Below, piece by piece: positions 31,042 through 41,758 of a stretch of 64,000 bases of DNA. A program made the translations under genes and the position numbers. The notes beneath the pieces are model-generated. The model ran no database searches, was not told the DNA's origin, and saw only the letters and a list, made by a program, of their open reading frames with translations. The stretch comes from Diplonema japonicum. Its lineage: Eukaryota > Protista > Euglenozoa: Diplonemea. Each line of letters opens with the position of its first letter. Within the stretch, counting starts at the first letter, position 1. Where the stretch lies: contig OZ025652.1 of assembly GCA_964019335.1 (NCBI GenBank), positions 682,001 through 746,000 of the forward strand, in the 5' to 3' direction.

Positions 31042-32211
31042 TTACCACGTGGTAGGAGTGCCGTCCTCTAGGGTCCACTCACGATCTGCCCAAGTGTGGC
31101 CCTCCCGTGCAGCCTCTCTCACTTTGTCCTCGTCCATCACGAGGCCCAAGCCCGGTTTGGTCAGCACGGGCATGAAGCCATTTGTGATGTCAAAATCCTC
31201 TTTGTTCTTCACGTAGTGCAAAAGGTCCTTGCCGCCCTCCACGTTATAGTGGATGCCTATGCTCGACTCTTGGAAGGCGAAGTTGACAGATACAGCATCG
31301 ACAGCCAGGCATGACGCCAAGGCGATGGGACCCAGGGGGCAGTGGGGTGCCAGGGACACTTCATATGCTTCTGCAAGGCGGGATATAGTGAGGAGGTTGG
31401 AGATGCCGCCCACGTGCGAGACGTCGGGTTGCAGGATATTCACAGAGCGGTCTTCAAGGAGGTCGCGGAACTCCTCGACGGTGTGCATCCTCTCCCCTGT
31501 CGCGATGGGGACGTGCGTGACGTGGGCAAGGTCCTTCAAGGACTTGTTCTGCCCCTTCACGACGGGCTCCTCGAAGAAGAGAGGATCGTAGGGTTCGAGT
31601 TCCTTCATCAGACGCTTGGCCATCGGCAGTTTCACCCTCCCGTGGAAGTCAAGCCCGATACCGATGTCGGGGCCGACGGCTTCGCGCACAGCCTTCATGC
31701 GTGCAGCAGCGGCCTTGACAGTGGCGAGGCTGTCGACATAAGCCATACGTGGGGTCGCGTTCATCTTTAGCTGTTTGAAGTTCGAAGTGCGGACAACATG
31801 CAGCGCTTCCTCCGCCGCTTCCTGTGGCGTGTTGTCGTCGCCACCGCACCACCGATACATCAGCAGCTTGGTGCGGACATGCCCGCCCAAGAGGGAGTGC
31901 ACGGGCACACCGAGAGTCTTCCCTTTGATGTCCCACAGTGCTTGGTCAATGCCAGCGATGGCACTCATCAGGACAGGCCCACCGGAGTAGAATTTTTGCC
32001 TGTATAGTTTTTGCAAAATGTATTGCACTCTGCTTGCATCCTCCCCTACCACAGACCGCATCAGCTCTTCGACACATGTACGCACAGTGTCTGTGAACCC
32101 CTCAAGGTTCGGCTCCCCCCACCCGACGACACCGCTTGCCGTCTGCACACGCAAGAAGAGCCACCTTGGAGCTACCTTGAACAGCTCATACGACTTAACG
32201 CAGTCAGCCAT
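31042..32211 (-). CDS. dgoD: D-galactonate dehydratase (mandelate racemase/enolase superfamily)
   Basis: PRWLFLRVQTASGVVGWGEP, AIAGIDQALWDIKGK, DFHGR, EEP, GER, APHCPLGPIALA, QESSIGIHYN, C-terminal DGTPTTW; intronless; likely ATG 32211. Confidence 0.92.
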   Translation of the reverse strand: MADCVKSYELFKVAPRWLFLRVQTASGVVGWGEPNLEGFTDTVRTCVEELMRSVVGEDASRVQYILQKLYRQKFYSGGPVLMSAIAGIDQALWDIKGKTLGVPVHSLLGGHVRTKLLMYRWCGGDDNTPQEAAEEALHVVRTSNFKQLKMNATPRMAYVDSLATVKAAAARMKAVREAVGPDIGIGLDFHGRVKLPMAKRLMKELEPYDPLFFEEPVVKGQNKSLKDLAHVTHVPIATGERMHTVEEFRDLLEDRSVNILQPDVSHVGGISNLLTISRLAEAYEVSLAPHCPLGPIALASCLAVDAVSVNFAFQESSIGIHYNVEGGKDLLHYVKNKEDFDITNGFMPVLTKPGLGLVMDEDKVREAAREGHTWADREWTLEDGTPTTW

Positions 32212-35200
32212 GTTGCCCGAGCCTACAATAGTGGTGCTGACATTAGGATAAAAAGATGGAAAAAAAAGAAAAAAGAACCGTGGAAACAAAAACTGGTAGG
32301 GACAACGCCCAAACAGGCTTCCTGTTAAGAAATAAGGTGCCATGGCAGAGTGGGAGCTTGGGCGCCACCTGTAGCCAAGATTCCGTTAAAAGAGAGGGAA
32401 AAAGAAAAGAGTCGGGATTGGGGGAGGGGGGGGGGGGGGGGGGGAAGGGGAACAAGAGAGGAAGTAATGGAAAAATAAAAAAATAAAGAAAAATGAACTG
32501 TCGATAAGAAAAAGGGAAAGGTGTTTAAGCTAAATAAAAACCTTTTATCCGTTTTTGTCATGACAGCTTTTTGATACTTCTGGGGTCTTTTTTTCTCTCT
32601 TTTTTTTTTTCTCTTTTAACACACGAGCTGTATCAAGTCGCTATTTTTTTTTTTGCCTGCTATAACACAGCAGGGTAACAGGTGTGGGCGAAGAGAGAAA
32701 AAAAAAATAGATATCTATCCCTAGAGGATGGACACGTGAGCGCTTTTGAAAAATAAGGGGGGTAGAGGCCAAAAGGCGCAGGCCCCAAGAAGAAAGGGAG
32801 GGTATGGTTGGTACTAGGTATCTCTCAGTTTCTGACATAACTCTCGACTCCTCCGGTTGCTGTCTTCTTCAGGCGAGAGGCACCTTCACGGCTCAACTAG
32901 TTGGTTGGAGAGTACTGTTCTCGGGGGGGGGATGTTTTTTTCTTTCTTTCTTGTGGGGGGGGTCCCCTTCTTTTTGCCTCAGTTTTATTTGATATTATTT
33001 TTTTTTTCCGTACGAAAAGATAAGAAATGCTTTGCACGGTATTCATTGCAACAAAATAAAGAGCAATTTTCTTTCTCTTTTATTTATTTATTTTATTTTT
33101 TTTTTTTTTACAAACGACAAACTATTACAGTTGGCTATCGCAACAGAGGAGCAAGGGAAGACAGCAGAAGTTCTTGACATACGGGGGGGTAATGATCAGC
33201 AAGTGGAACGGGGGAAAAAAATAGAAAATGGATGAAAATAAATAAGGATCGGGAAACTTTTTCTTCTCTCCTTTTATTTTTCCTAGACATTTCCTTTTCT
33301 TTTCCCCTCCCCTTTTGCTCCCAATAAAATAAGAACAAAAATCGTTTTAAACTGGATGGTATATATATATATTTTTGCATATATATATATATATATATTT
33401 TTTTTTTTTCTTCTTTTTTAAAAAAGAGGTTGTGTGTAGCACTAAAAATAATTGGGGGAAGAAATGGTTGGAATAACCAATGGCACAAGGTGTCCCCCCT
33501 TCTTTTCCTTCTCTTTCCCTATTACAAGACAAAAGATGTAGACAGGCAAAGTATGTCTTAGTTCCTTTTTTTTTTTTTTTTTCGCTTATCTTTCTAGTTT
33601 TTTCGAAAGATTCCTGAAACTAGTTTAAAACAAGCGAGGGTCAATGGACTTTTTTTCTCTTTTTTTTTCCTCTTATAACCCTATAGACGATGCCGTTGCT
33701 CCCTGCTGGCGTACGTAATAATCTATCACCCGATTGTATCGTGCAGCCGGAAAAAATGCATCGAACATTAGAAGGCTGAGGTACAGGGAAGAGAGAGCAA
33801 GTTTAGAGAAGAAAAAGAAAAAAAAGACAAGAATCGTATAAAGGTGTCTTTCTTTCTTTCTTTTTTTTTTTTTTTTTTTTTTTGCAATAACAATTCTTTT
33901 TCAAAGTTTGTTGACTTGCTCCAGCAGAAAAAAAAACCCCCCTCCGAACCCTCCTCCTACGGAAGAAAATATATAAGGGGGAAAAAAAAAAGGGGGGGCG
34001 GGGGAAGATAGAAGTGGGCTTTCGAAGATCAGGAGAAAAAAAAATGAAGTTTAACTGTGGTCATTCAGTCAATCTTTACTTTTTTTTTTGCGCCCCTCCT
34101 ATAAAAAAAAAAAGAGAACATAGAAAAAAAGGGCAGAAACCAGCACCAGAATATCCTAGGGCTCTTCTGCCCTAAGCGGATTAAGGGGTAGGGATTAGTA
34201 GAGAGTTGGGGGAGGGGGGCAATAAAATTCTTTTCCCTCACATGCTTAATTAAAGAGCGTTGTCCTAGAGGGTGAATCGCTGCAATATTGCCAAGTTCGA
34301 CCGTTTTCCCCCTTTTATTATCATCACTTTTTTTTTTTTCTCCTTCCTAAGGACAGGGTTTTCAATTCACATTCTAATTTGTGGAATGAGGGTTGGGTTT
34401 TTTTGGGGTTTTTTTTTTTAAAAGGGGGTAATTCGATACGGCCAAAATTGATTCGTTTTCTTTTTTTTTTTTGATGTATGTTACAATGAAATATGAGGGA
34501 TGATAAAAGTGTACCTTTTATTTTTTTTTTTAGATTCTGGAGGTTGGGAATGGAGAGAAAAAAAGAAAGTGGCGAAATTGTGCATGAGTAGTATTTGCCT
34601 AATAAAATAACTCATCATGCTTGACCTTCTTCTTGTATTTAGTTTTGACAATAAATTATTGTTAAAACACAAAAAAGGGGGGGGGGGTCGAGGAAGCGCT
34701 TGCGATACAAAATAAAAGCGTCAGCTTTGAGAAAGGAAGGGGAGGGGGGGGGGGGGGGGAAAGAGAGACTCAAAATGGAAGAAGTAAAGAAAGAAGGGGA
34801 AAAAAAAAAGGTAATGGACACACTGGAGAGAATGGACCTATTCAAAAATATAAAAAAAAAGAAATAGGTAGGAAAGTAAATACAAGTGCAAATAATCTTT
34901 TTTTTTTTCGACCCTCCTCCCTTTAAAAAAAAAGGGGGGAGAGCGTCCCCATCTTCCTCGATAAAGGCAGAACACGTCACCACACACACAATAGGAAGAA
35001 GGTAGCCAAAAAAGGGGTTCACCCCCTTTTCAAGCTTTTTTTTTTTGCTGCATGATTCTTCCAGTTTAAACCTTTTTATTTCTGTTTTTTTTCCCGCGTT
35101 TCTTATTTCATCTTTTTTTTTCTCGTCCTTTTTTTTTTTGTTCGTTATCTTCTCTTCTCTATGCTGCTTTAACCTGTAAAGCCAAGAATCCATTCTTTGG

Positions 35201-35732
35201 TTTCCTCCAGTATGCAGATCCATTTATTTTATTCTTTTTTTTTTTCTTCTTCTTGATTCTTTCGTTTTTCTGTCGTGTTGTCTTCATTCACGTTAGGCCT
35301 CATAAATTACAGGAAGTTTTTTAAACAGAAAAAAATCCCAATAATCGGTTTGTTACCTCATGAACCAAATGACAAAGAAGGGGTGAAACTACTTATTTAC
35401 CACCCGGTATTAACTCTCGACCATTAAAATAGAGTTTTGAGTAAGGACTCCTTATTTATTGGTAAGAAAAAAAAAAGCCATGATTTAAAAAAAAATCTCC
35501 CAAAACCCTTCTTGCTTTCCCTTCTTTTATTTCATTTCAGAATTAAAGAAAGAAAAAGAAAAAGAAGAACAAAGGGGGAGGGGGGGGGGGGGGGGGCTCC
35601 CAAAGCTGCTACTTATTTAGTCTACTTAATGTGAACGATTCACGAAAACCCCTCCTTTTTTTATAAAAGCAAAGGGAAAAGGGATGACGGGGAGAGTTTT
35701 TTTTTTTTTTTTTTCCCTCCTTTTTTTTTTGT

Positions 35733-36512
35733 TCACATCATGAAGCAAGACCCGGCGTAGCAGCCCGCTTCGACCACAGGGTCTGCAACTGGGTTCTTTT
35801 TCTGACGCTTTTTAAGGAAGGAGAAAATGGTGTTTGCTTTGGGTGAGATATCAAGCGGCTGAGGAACGGGTGCAGTGATGGGCTCTGACAAACCCTGAAG
35901 GGGTTCAAGAACAGGGAAGTCTAAAGCATCAACAACAGCAGGAAGGGGTGTGGGCTTGCGCAGCACTGGCGGGCAGTCCACCGACGAAGCAGAAGAACTG
36001 CAAGACGACGTGGAGAGCGAGGCTTCGGCTAGGTCCTCCGTTGTCTCGTCGCAACCCAGCCCAAAGAAGAGTGTTGATATAGAGACCTCACAGTCCTTCC
36101 ACCCATCGCTGGTGTGCAGCTGCCATGTTGTGCATTTGCTAGGATCCACCCCATCGTGGGGGTCGGTGCTCCTGAGGTATCCCCTCTGCGCCACCATGTC
36201 CTCCTCGCATTCTGCCAACATCCAGTACCCCTTCTTCCCGCCGTACAGTCTCCATGTCCCGTTGCACCACACGCACTGGCTGTTGTATACGCACCCAGGG
36301 ACTCTCTTGTACAGTCCTCCCCTGATGGCGAAGCCCTCTGTCTTCACAACTACCATCTCGGGGGCTACATCACATATAAAGTCGCCTTCATAGCTGCTTC
36401 CTTCGTCACCCTCCCACCCGCTGCTCACATCGCTGTGTCCCGCCTCCTTCAGGAATTGCAGCGGGGGTGGCACACACATGGCATGCATCCTCATGTCAGA
36501 CATTGCGTACAT
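35733..36512 (-). CDS. Hypothetical protein with a Trp/Gly-rich beta domain
   Basis: 259-aa ORF, GC-rich coding composition within AT-rich flanks. Confidence 0.7.
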   Translation of the reverse strand: MYAMSDMRMHAMCVPPPLQFLKEAGHSDVSSGWEGDEGSSYEGDFICDVAPEMVVVKTEGFAIRGGLYKRVPGCVYNSQCVWCNGTWRLYGGKKGYWMLAECEEDMVAQRGYLRSTDPHDGVDPSKCTTWQLHTSDGWKDCEVSISTLFFGLGCDETTEDLAEASLSTSSCSSSASSVDCPPVLRKPTPLPAVVDALDFPVLEPLQGLSEPITAPVPQPLDISPKANTIFSFLKKRQKKNPVADPVVEAGCYAGSCFMM

Positions 36513-36706
36513 TACCCTCCAACCCTTTCAAGCTTTAGATAGAGAGCAAAAAGAGGAAAAAAGGAAGAAGAAGAAGAAGAAAACACTAAAGGCATAGAAA
36601 CGCCATACTCACAAAGTGTAAATGAAAGGGAGGGATAGCGGCACCAGGCTCGCTGATGGAGGAAAACTTGTTGGGAGGAACAAAACTAATATAACAGCTC
36701 TGCTTT

Positions 36707-36952
36707 TCACTGTTGGTGTGGGTCGTAGTGGGTGCTGGTCTGCGTGGAGGCATCCTGCTGCTGGAGTTCCCAGACCATCGTGAACAGGTCGTTGAGCGCC
36801 TCGTAACGGTTGCCCCCTGTGGTGTTTTTAAGTATTTCGCACATACTCCTGCCTGCTCTGTTCTTCATTGTCTCCATCACCTGCTCCAGCTCCTTCAGTG
36901 AATCGTGCATTTTTGCCTCTTTTTTTTTGATCACCTTCATATGGATGAGCAT
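36707..36952 (-). CDS. Small helical protein (~71 aa)
   Basis: ORF carries a typical 30-nt intron 36817-36846 (GTATGT..ACCACAG) in frame. Confidence 0.5.
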   Translation of the reverse strand: MLIHMKVIKKKEAKMHDSLKELEQVMETMKNRAGRSMCEILKNTTGGNRYEALNDLFTMVWELQQQDASTQTSTHYDPHQQ

Positions 36953-36980
36953 GATACACAAGAAGGAACTGTATGAACCA

Positions 36981-37700
36981 CTATTTCAAGGCAAGGCCCA
37001 AGGCGTCCTGCACCTTTCTGTTGGTTAGAAGGAAGTGTACACGCTGCTCTGTGTGCTGGAGGATCTTCTCTTCGGTTGCTTTGGCGGATATCTCCACTGC
37101 GGAGAACCACCTGAGAGCGTCGTAGTCTTTGCAGGCATCGGAGAGCGTGGGTGTGAGCGGGGAACATAATACATAGGTGCTCTGCAAGCAGCTCGCTTCT
37201 GGGGATGCGGGGGGGTTGGAGTATGTGCTGATCGACGGCAGGCTGCTGAGGGACCCCTCCGGAAGGGACAGGCACGTGCTCTCCACATGCCGGAGTGCAG
37301 TAGCAGGCGGGTCTCGTGTCGAGTAGTCACAACGCATCGATAGCTCGGAGTAGTAGCCACTACTCTCCCACTGGCTTTTTTTGGGCACATGACCGAGTAG
37401 GATCTCCAGCCCCGTCTCCCCCTGCCGCAACAGAAACAGTGCCACACCGCCCACCTTGCAGCTTGGCTTGAATACAATGGTTCTGCTGGGTGCTTTCTCC
37501 GTCGTTTTTTCTTTTGTCCTCACACGCGTCGCCTTCTTCTTTCCATTGTTTTCAGAGACATCAAACCACACCGCTGTACCCACTCGCACTTTCATCTCTT
37601 TACTACATTCACTTCCGTGGAAAAAAACCTCCTCCCCCTCCCCGTACTTTATGAACCCGAAGCCTCTGTCCTCAACCCACCTTTCGATTGAGCCTTTCAT
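36981..37700 (-). CDS. Cold-shock domain protein with C-terminal degenerate Nudix-like domain
   Basis: MKGSIERWVEDRGFGFI..EEVFFHGS (RNP1/RNP2 of CSD); then GGVALFLL..EILLG...ATALRH...LRWFS Nudix-like pattern. Confidence 0.75.
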   Translation of the reverse strand: MKGSIERWVEDRGFGFIKYGEGEEVFFHGSECSKEMKVRVGTAVWFDVSENNGKKKATRVRTKEKTTEKAPSRTIVFKPSCKVGGVALFLLRQGETGLEILLGHVPKKSQWESSGYYSELSMRCDYSTRDPPATALRHVESTCLSLPEGSLSSLPSISTYSNPPASPEASCLQSTYVLCSPLTPTLSDACKDYDALRWFSAVEISAKATEEKILQHTEQRVHFLLTNRKVQDALGLALK

Positions 37701-37875
37701 TGCAAGCACCTGAGTAAATGAGGTGTAGCAGGCGTTAAAAGTGTGTAGGCAAGACCCACACCAATAAAGAGCCACCACTTGCAGAGTGGTGTGTCGTTAC
37801 GCAGCTACCGTGGCAGCCACAAGATTCAAAAAAAACCGGGTGAATCACTGTTTTAACGATAAATTATAGTACAGG

Positions 37876-38812
37876 TTAGGCCTCCGTCACGAGCGCGGAG
37901 GCATAGCTCACTGAGGAGTCATGGACAGACTCGCACTTGCTCGACTGGCTGTAGTGCACAAAGTTAAGGTTGTAGCGTTTAGAAGAAGCCGCCATGGCAT
38001 TGAGGAGGACTGTGATGGGGGAGCGCCCACATATGGTATTTTCTGTTTTTTCGAAGTACTTGGCGAGTCCGTTGCGATCCTGCTTCTCCATGAGCTCCAT
38101 GCCTGCGTGGTCCATCGCTATGACCGCGTCACCAATTAGGGGGTACGTGGACTTCTCATAATGGTATGTGTACCTGAACCTGCTCCCCCAATGACAGAAA
38201 TCACTGCTGATCACGAACCTCGTCCCAGGATCATCGAAGTACGGGGCAAGCAGCCTCCCGTACGAGGCAGCACCCTCCTCGTCCAGCATGCCTACCACCA
38301 TGGGCACGATAGTTGCATCTGTTCCCTTTAACAACTGCGAAAGGAATGGCATTTGCAATTCAATCGAGTGTTCCTCAACATCAGTCTCCTGGTTGAGGTA
38401 CTTGATGGACAGGCCCATCTTCGCTGCATCACTGATTAGCTTCTCATTCACAGCAGTGTCCACCTGCACGTTGCTGATAGGACCATCCCATGTGCGGAAC
38501 GAGGTCAGCCTTACATCAGGAAAGTAAGCCCTGTGTGAAGGGCCTAGCACGAACACTTTGTTTACTCCATGCATGTTGCCACTCAACCCTTTGAACCCAT
38601 GAGATGCCGTGAGCCCTGAATAAGAAAGCCCTGCATGCGGGGAGATAATGGCCTTCACCTTTCCATTGTCCTCCACGCTCGCCTTCTCCAGCAGGCTGCT
38701 GATCTCCCTGTTGTGACTGGCGTGTTTTTTTTTTCCAGACATACCTTCCCAACTCTGCTTTGTCCCCAGAGTACCACGATCCTGCATGTGAGGCTGCACG
38801 ACGCACGCTCAT
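37876..38812 (-). CDS. MEMO1: MEMO1 family (AmmeMemoRadiSam protein B) protein
   Basis: RRAASHAGSWY, ISPHAGLSYSG, LGPSH, EHSIELQMP, ISSDFCHWG, NTICGR, SSVSYAS; intron 38708-38744. Confidence 0.95.
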
Positions 38813-38909
38813 GTTACCTATTGTCACCGTCTGCGGGAATGGTTAGAAGGCGGGAAGTGTTGGAAATTAAATAAACACAGGTCTAATCTATGCTACAACA
38901 AAACAGCAA

Positions 38910-39563
38910 CTAGCTCGGTATTCTAGGTGGGGGCAATAGTTCTGGCTGAGGGAGCACCGCAGGACAGCGTATCGCAGGGCTGATTGACTGGGGCACTGGG
39001 TAGGTCTTCGCCTCAGGCGGCGAGACAACGGCGTGAACGGGGTACGATATACGAGGTGGTGTAGGGACAACCGGGACGGGAACAGTCTCACCAGGTCTCG
39101 GCGCAAGGGACCAGTGCAATGTTGGGCGGTGTCTTGCGGGTGACAATGGAGCGGAAGGAGGCGCTGTTTGGGTTGTTATGGGCTGCCTTTCTTTTAGGAT
39201 GTCGGTAACAAGTGGTCTGAGCGGCAGTTGGGGCGGGAGAGACGAGGAGAGTAATGCTTGAGAGGGCACTGGGACAGGAACAAGAGGAGGTGATAGTTGT
39301 TGGCTAGCTTCATCAGCGTTTTTTGCCCGCCCTGGTACTGCCCCCGCTTCGAGTTGTGTAATTCTTTGCAGAGCTATGTTCAACATCCTTTCTAAATTCG
39401 CTACACGCTCTTCGCATCTGCACGTCCCTTGACACTGTGCCGGCAATGCACCATCGATGACGTGAACACCAACATGGGCACTGCCCATCCCCCCAGGACC
39501 CATTGCCCTTAGCTCCGGTCCTGGCTGGAGCACTTCATGTCGCTGCTTGTGGCTGTCCCACAT
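38910..39563 (-). CDS. Hypothetical Pro-rich protein with short coiled coil
   Basis: 217-aa ORF; upstream TTTTTTTCCCCGTAG acceptor-like site. Confidence 0.55.
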   Translation of the reverse strand: MWDSHKQRHEVLQPGPELRAMGPGGMGSAHVGVHVIDGALPAQCQGTCRCEERVANLERMLNIALQRITQLEAGAVPGRAKNADEASQQLSPPLVPVPVPSQALLSSSLPPQLPLRPLVTDILKERQPITTQTAPPSAPLSPARHRPTLHWSLAPRPGETVPVPVVPTPPRISYPVHAVVSPPEAKTYPVPQSISPAIRCPAVLPQPELLPPPRIPS

Positions 39564-39719
39564 TGCCTGAGGTGGGGTATGCTACGGGGAAAAAAACACA
39601 ACAGATAAAAGTAATAACTTACAAAACATAATCATATACAATACTACAAATATAGCACAAGCACAAGCACAGGCACAGACACAGGTCTACAAGTTGTAAT
39701 GTCGTGCATGCCTCCCAGC

Positions 39720-40712
39720 CTAAAGGTAAGTCTTGTCGTCGATACTATGCGGCACGCTGTACTGAGGTCGTGCTTGCAGTGTCTGTCCCTGTACTGTATT
39801 GCCGTAGAGCCTCTCCACGACATCCTCGTTGAGGTCGAGGCGTGCGGCAAATTGCGAGATACAAGGATTGTGTGCTTGGAATATGTCCTCCTCTGTCTGG
39901 TTCTTCAGGAATGTCTTGAGCCTTGCTTGTTGCGACCTGTCCATTAAAGAGTCCGCGTGCGTGTAGTTGGGCCCGCCTATGCCACGGTGTTTCTCTGCGA
40001 GTCTTGCCGACCTGCTGTTGATCTCCGGTTTAAAGACACACTCGCTAAGGTCACTGATAACCTGTTGTTCATAAGCACTCTGTCGCTTGAGGTTTTTCGC
40101 TTTAGCATCTGCACTGTCCTTTGCTTTGCCGATAGTCATTTTCCCCATCTTTGTAATCTTCGGTTTAAAGGAATAGGCCTTCGCCTCGGCATCTGCTGCC
40201 AATGCAGCTGCTTGAGTGGCAGCCTCCAGGTCTCGTTTCTTCTGCTCCGTCCTCTGCTGTGCCCTGATGTGGATGGGTATGCTGTATGTCTTGCTCGAAG
40301 CTGACTTTGAGATGGTGGGTTTTTCCTTGCAGTGCTTCATCTCTGCAGTGATGGCTTTCTCGCGCAATGCTTCTCTACGCTGCTCTGACAGTTTTCCTTT
40401 CTGCAGCAGCTGCTCGTGGAAGGGCACAGGGCGTTCAGGGGAGGCGGTAGGGACTTCGTCTTCGTACTCAAAATCAAGTGCTGTGACTGGCGAAGCAGGC
40501 GCCGAAGGCGCACCAGTGGGTGTGACACTGGGCGTGTGAACATTCTTGCCAGAGAAGGAGGGCAGTGATCTGTGCCCCGTAAGTGCTGCCCTGGCGGAGT
40601 ACACGTGCCTAGGTGACGAGGGATAGGCAGTAGCTGGCGTCTTCGTGCTGACTGGTGAAGGGGGAGCACGAGTCTTCCTTGGTGTTGTCCCGTATGAGGA
40701 AGCGAGTGGCAT
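39720..40712 (-). CDS. Hypothetical protein with (F/K)KPxI repeats, possibly cytoskeletal
   Basis: CKEKPTIS, YSFKPKIT, CVFKPEIN, HNPCIS repeats in a 330-aa ORF. Confidence 0.7.
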   Translation of the reverse strand: MPLASSYGTTPRKTRAPPSPVSTKTPATAYPSSPRHVYSARAALTGHRSLPSFSGKNVHTPSVTPTGAPSAPASPVTALDFEYEDEVPTASPERPVPFHEQLLQKGKLSEQRREALREKAITAEMKHCKEKPTISKSASSKTYSIPIHIRAQQRTEQKKRDLEAATQAAALAADAEAKAYSFKPKITKMGKMTIGKAKDSADAKAKNLKRQSAYEQQVISDLSECVFKPEINSRSARLAEKHRGIGGPNYTHADSLMDRSQQARLKTFLKNQTEEDIFQAHNPCISQFAARLDLNEDVVERLYGNTVQGQTLQARPQYSVPHSIDDKTYL

Positions 40713-40799
40713 GGTGTTAGTCCCTTGATATGAAATTGTATGTGCGCTATCTGAAAAAAACGAAAACTTAACTGGTACAATCTAATAGCTTGAATAGTA

Positions 40800-41723
40800 T
40801 TAACAGCTCCTGTGTGCGTGGAACAATGGGCGGTACCGTTGCGGCTGCCCCTGCTCGCTCCCTTTCACATGTTCTTGGTTGCGTTCTTTTTGTTCAAACT
40901 CCTGTTCGTTTTCTTGTCCGTCAGTCAAGCTCAGGCCTTGGTCACTGTCTGTGTATTGGGTGTCTTCAGGGATGGCAGTTTGTTGGGGTTCTGTTTGTTG
41001 CGATGCCGTCTCTAGCGTGGTATCGAAGTTCTTCGCGCACCTCACCTGAGAGCTCCAGTCAAGGCCTACAACGAATGGTAGCTCGGCGGAGTGCGCTGCA
41101 AGCCACGTTGACCATTTCTCACATGCAGCACTGAGCAGTTCCTCCACAAGACCAGAATCTGTGCCTGATGCGTACTCCAGTGACGAGTAGTACGTAAGTG
41201 TCACGCTGTGGAATTTTTTCACAAGCGAAACGTCTTCGCCCCGCCCAGTACTCCAGCTGTCGAACAGCTCCAGGACCATCTCCTCTATGACGCACGAGTA
41301 GTAGTAGTATGCCAGAGACAAGTACTTCGGGTTGGGGCTCTCCTCTGCTTCTAGCTTTGCTATCGCTTTCTGTGATGCCTTTAACACTTCCACTCTGGGT
41401 ACACCAGGGATGGACCTCAGGGCGGTCACCATATTCACAGCAATGGTACACGAGTTCGGGGAGATAGCTTCAGACTCCAGCAGTAGCTCGTACGCTAGTT
41501 GAGGTTTGTTCTTTCTCTGCGCAAACATTGCTTGCCGCTCTAAACATTGGCGCATTGCCTCCACTTCCCATTCTTCATCGCAACCCATCACCTGCCCCAC
41601 TATCTCACCCACGACCTCTTCTGCACCGTCGAAGTCCCCATCGGCCACCAGCGTTGCCACCAAGTCTGCTTTCTGATCTATCTCATCTTTGCTCAGCATT
41701 CCTAAGTTGCTTAGCGTGTGCAT
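40800..41723 (-). CDS. Hypothetical TPR-like protein (start may be 41699)
   Basis: 307-aa helical ORF with TPR-like A/L patterns. Confidence 0.65.
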   Translation of the reverse strand: MHTLSNLGMLSKDEIDQKADLVATLVADGDFDGAEEVVGEIVGQVMGCDEEWEVEAMRQCLERQAMFAQRKNKPQLAYELLLESEAISPNSCTIAVNMVTALRSIPGVPRVEVLKASQKAIAKLEAEESPNPKYLSLAYYYYSCVIEEMVLELFDSWSTGRGEDVSLVKKFHSVTLTYYSSLEYASGTDSGLVEELLSAACEKWSTWLAAHSAELPFVVGLDWSSQVRCAKNFDTTLETASQQTEPQQTAIPEDTQYTDSDQGLSLTDGQENEQEFEQKERNQEHVKGSEQGQPQRYRPLFHAHRSC

Positions 41724-41758
41724 GATACAACAACTCCATCAACAGTACAAGTAACAAT

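Noticed and set aside
34639-35223. Lys/Phe/Pro-rich ORFs in spacers (also 1023-1574, 13633-14094 and others)
   Set aside because: Translations of homopolymer runs; no coding signal.
36950-36985. Stop-codon readthrough or alternative genetic code linking the CSD gene to the downstream ORF
   Set aside because: The downstream ORF is in a different frame, and all other genes end normally at TAA, TAG or TGA.
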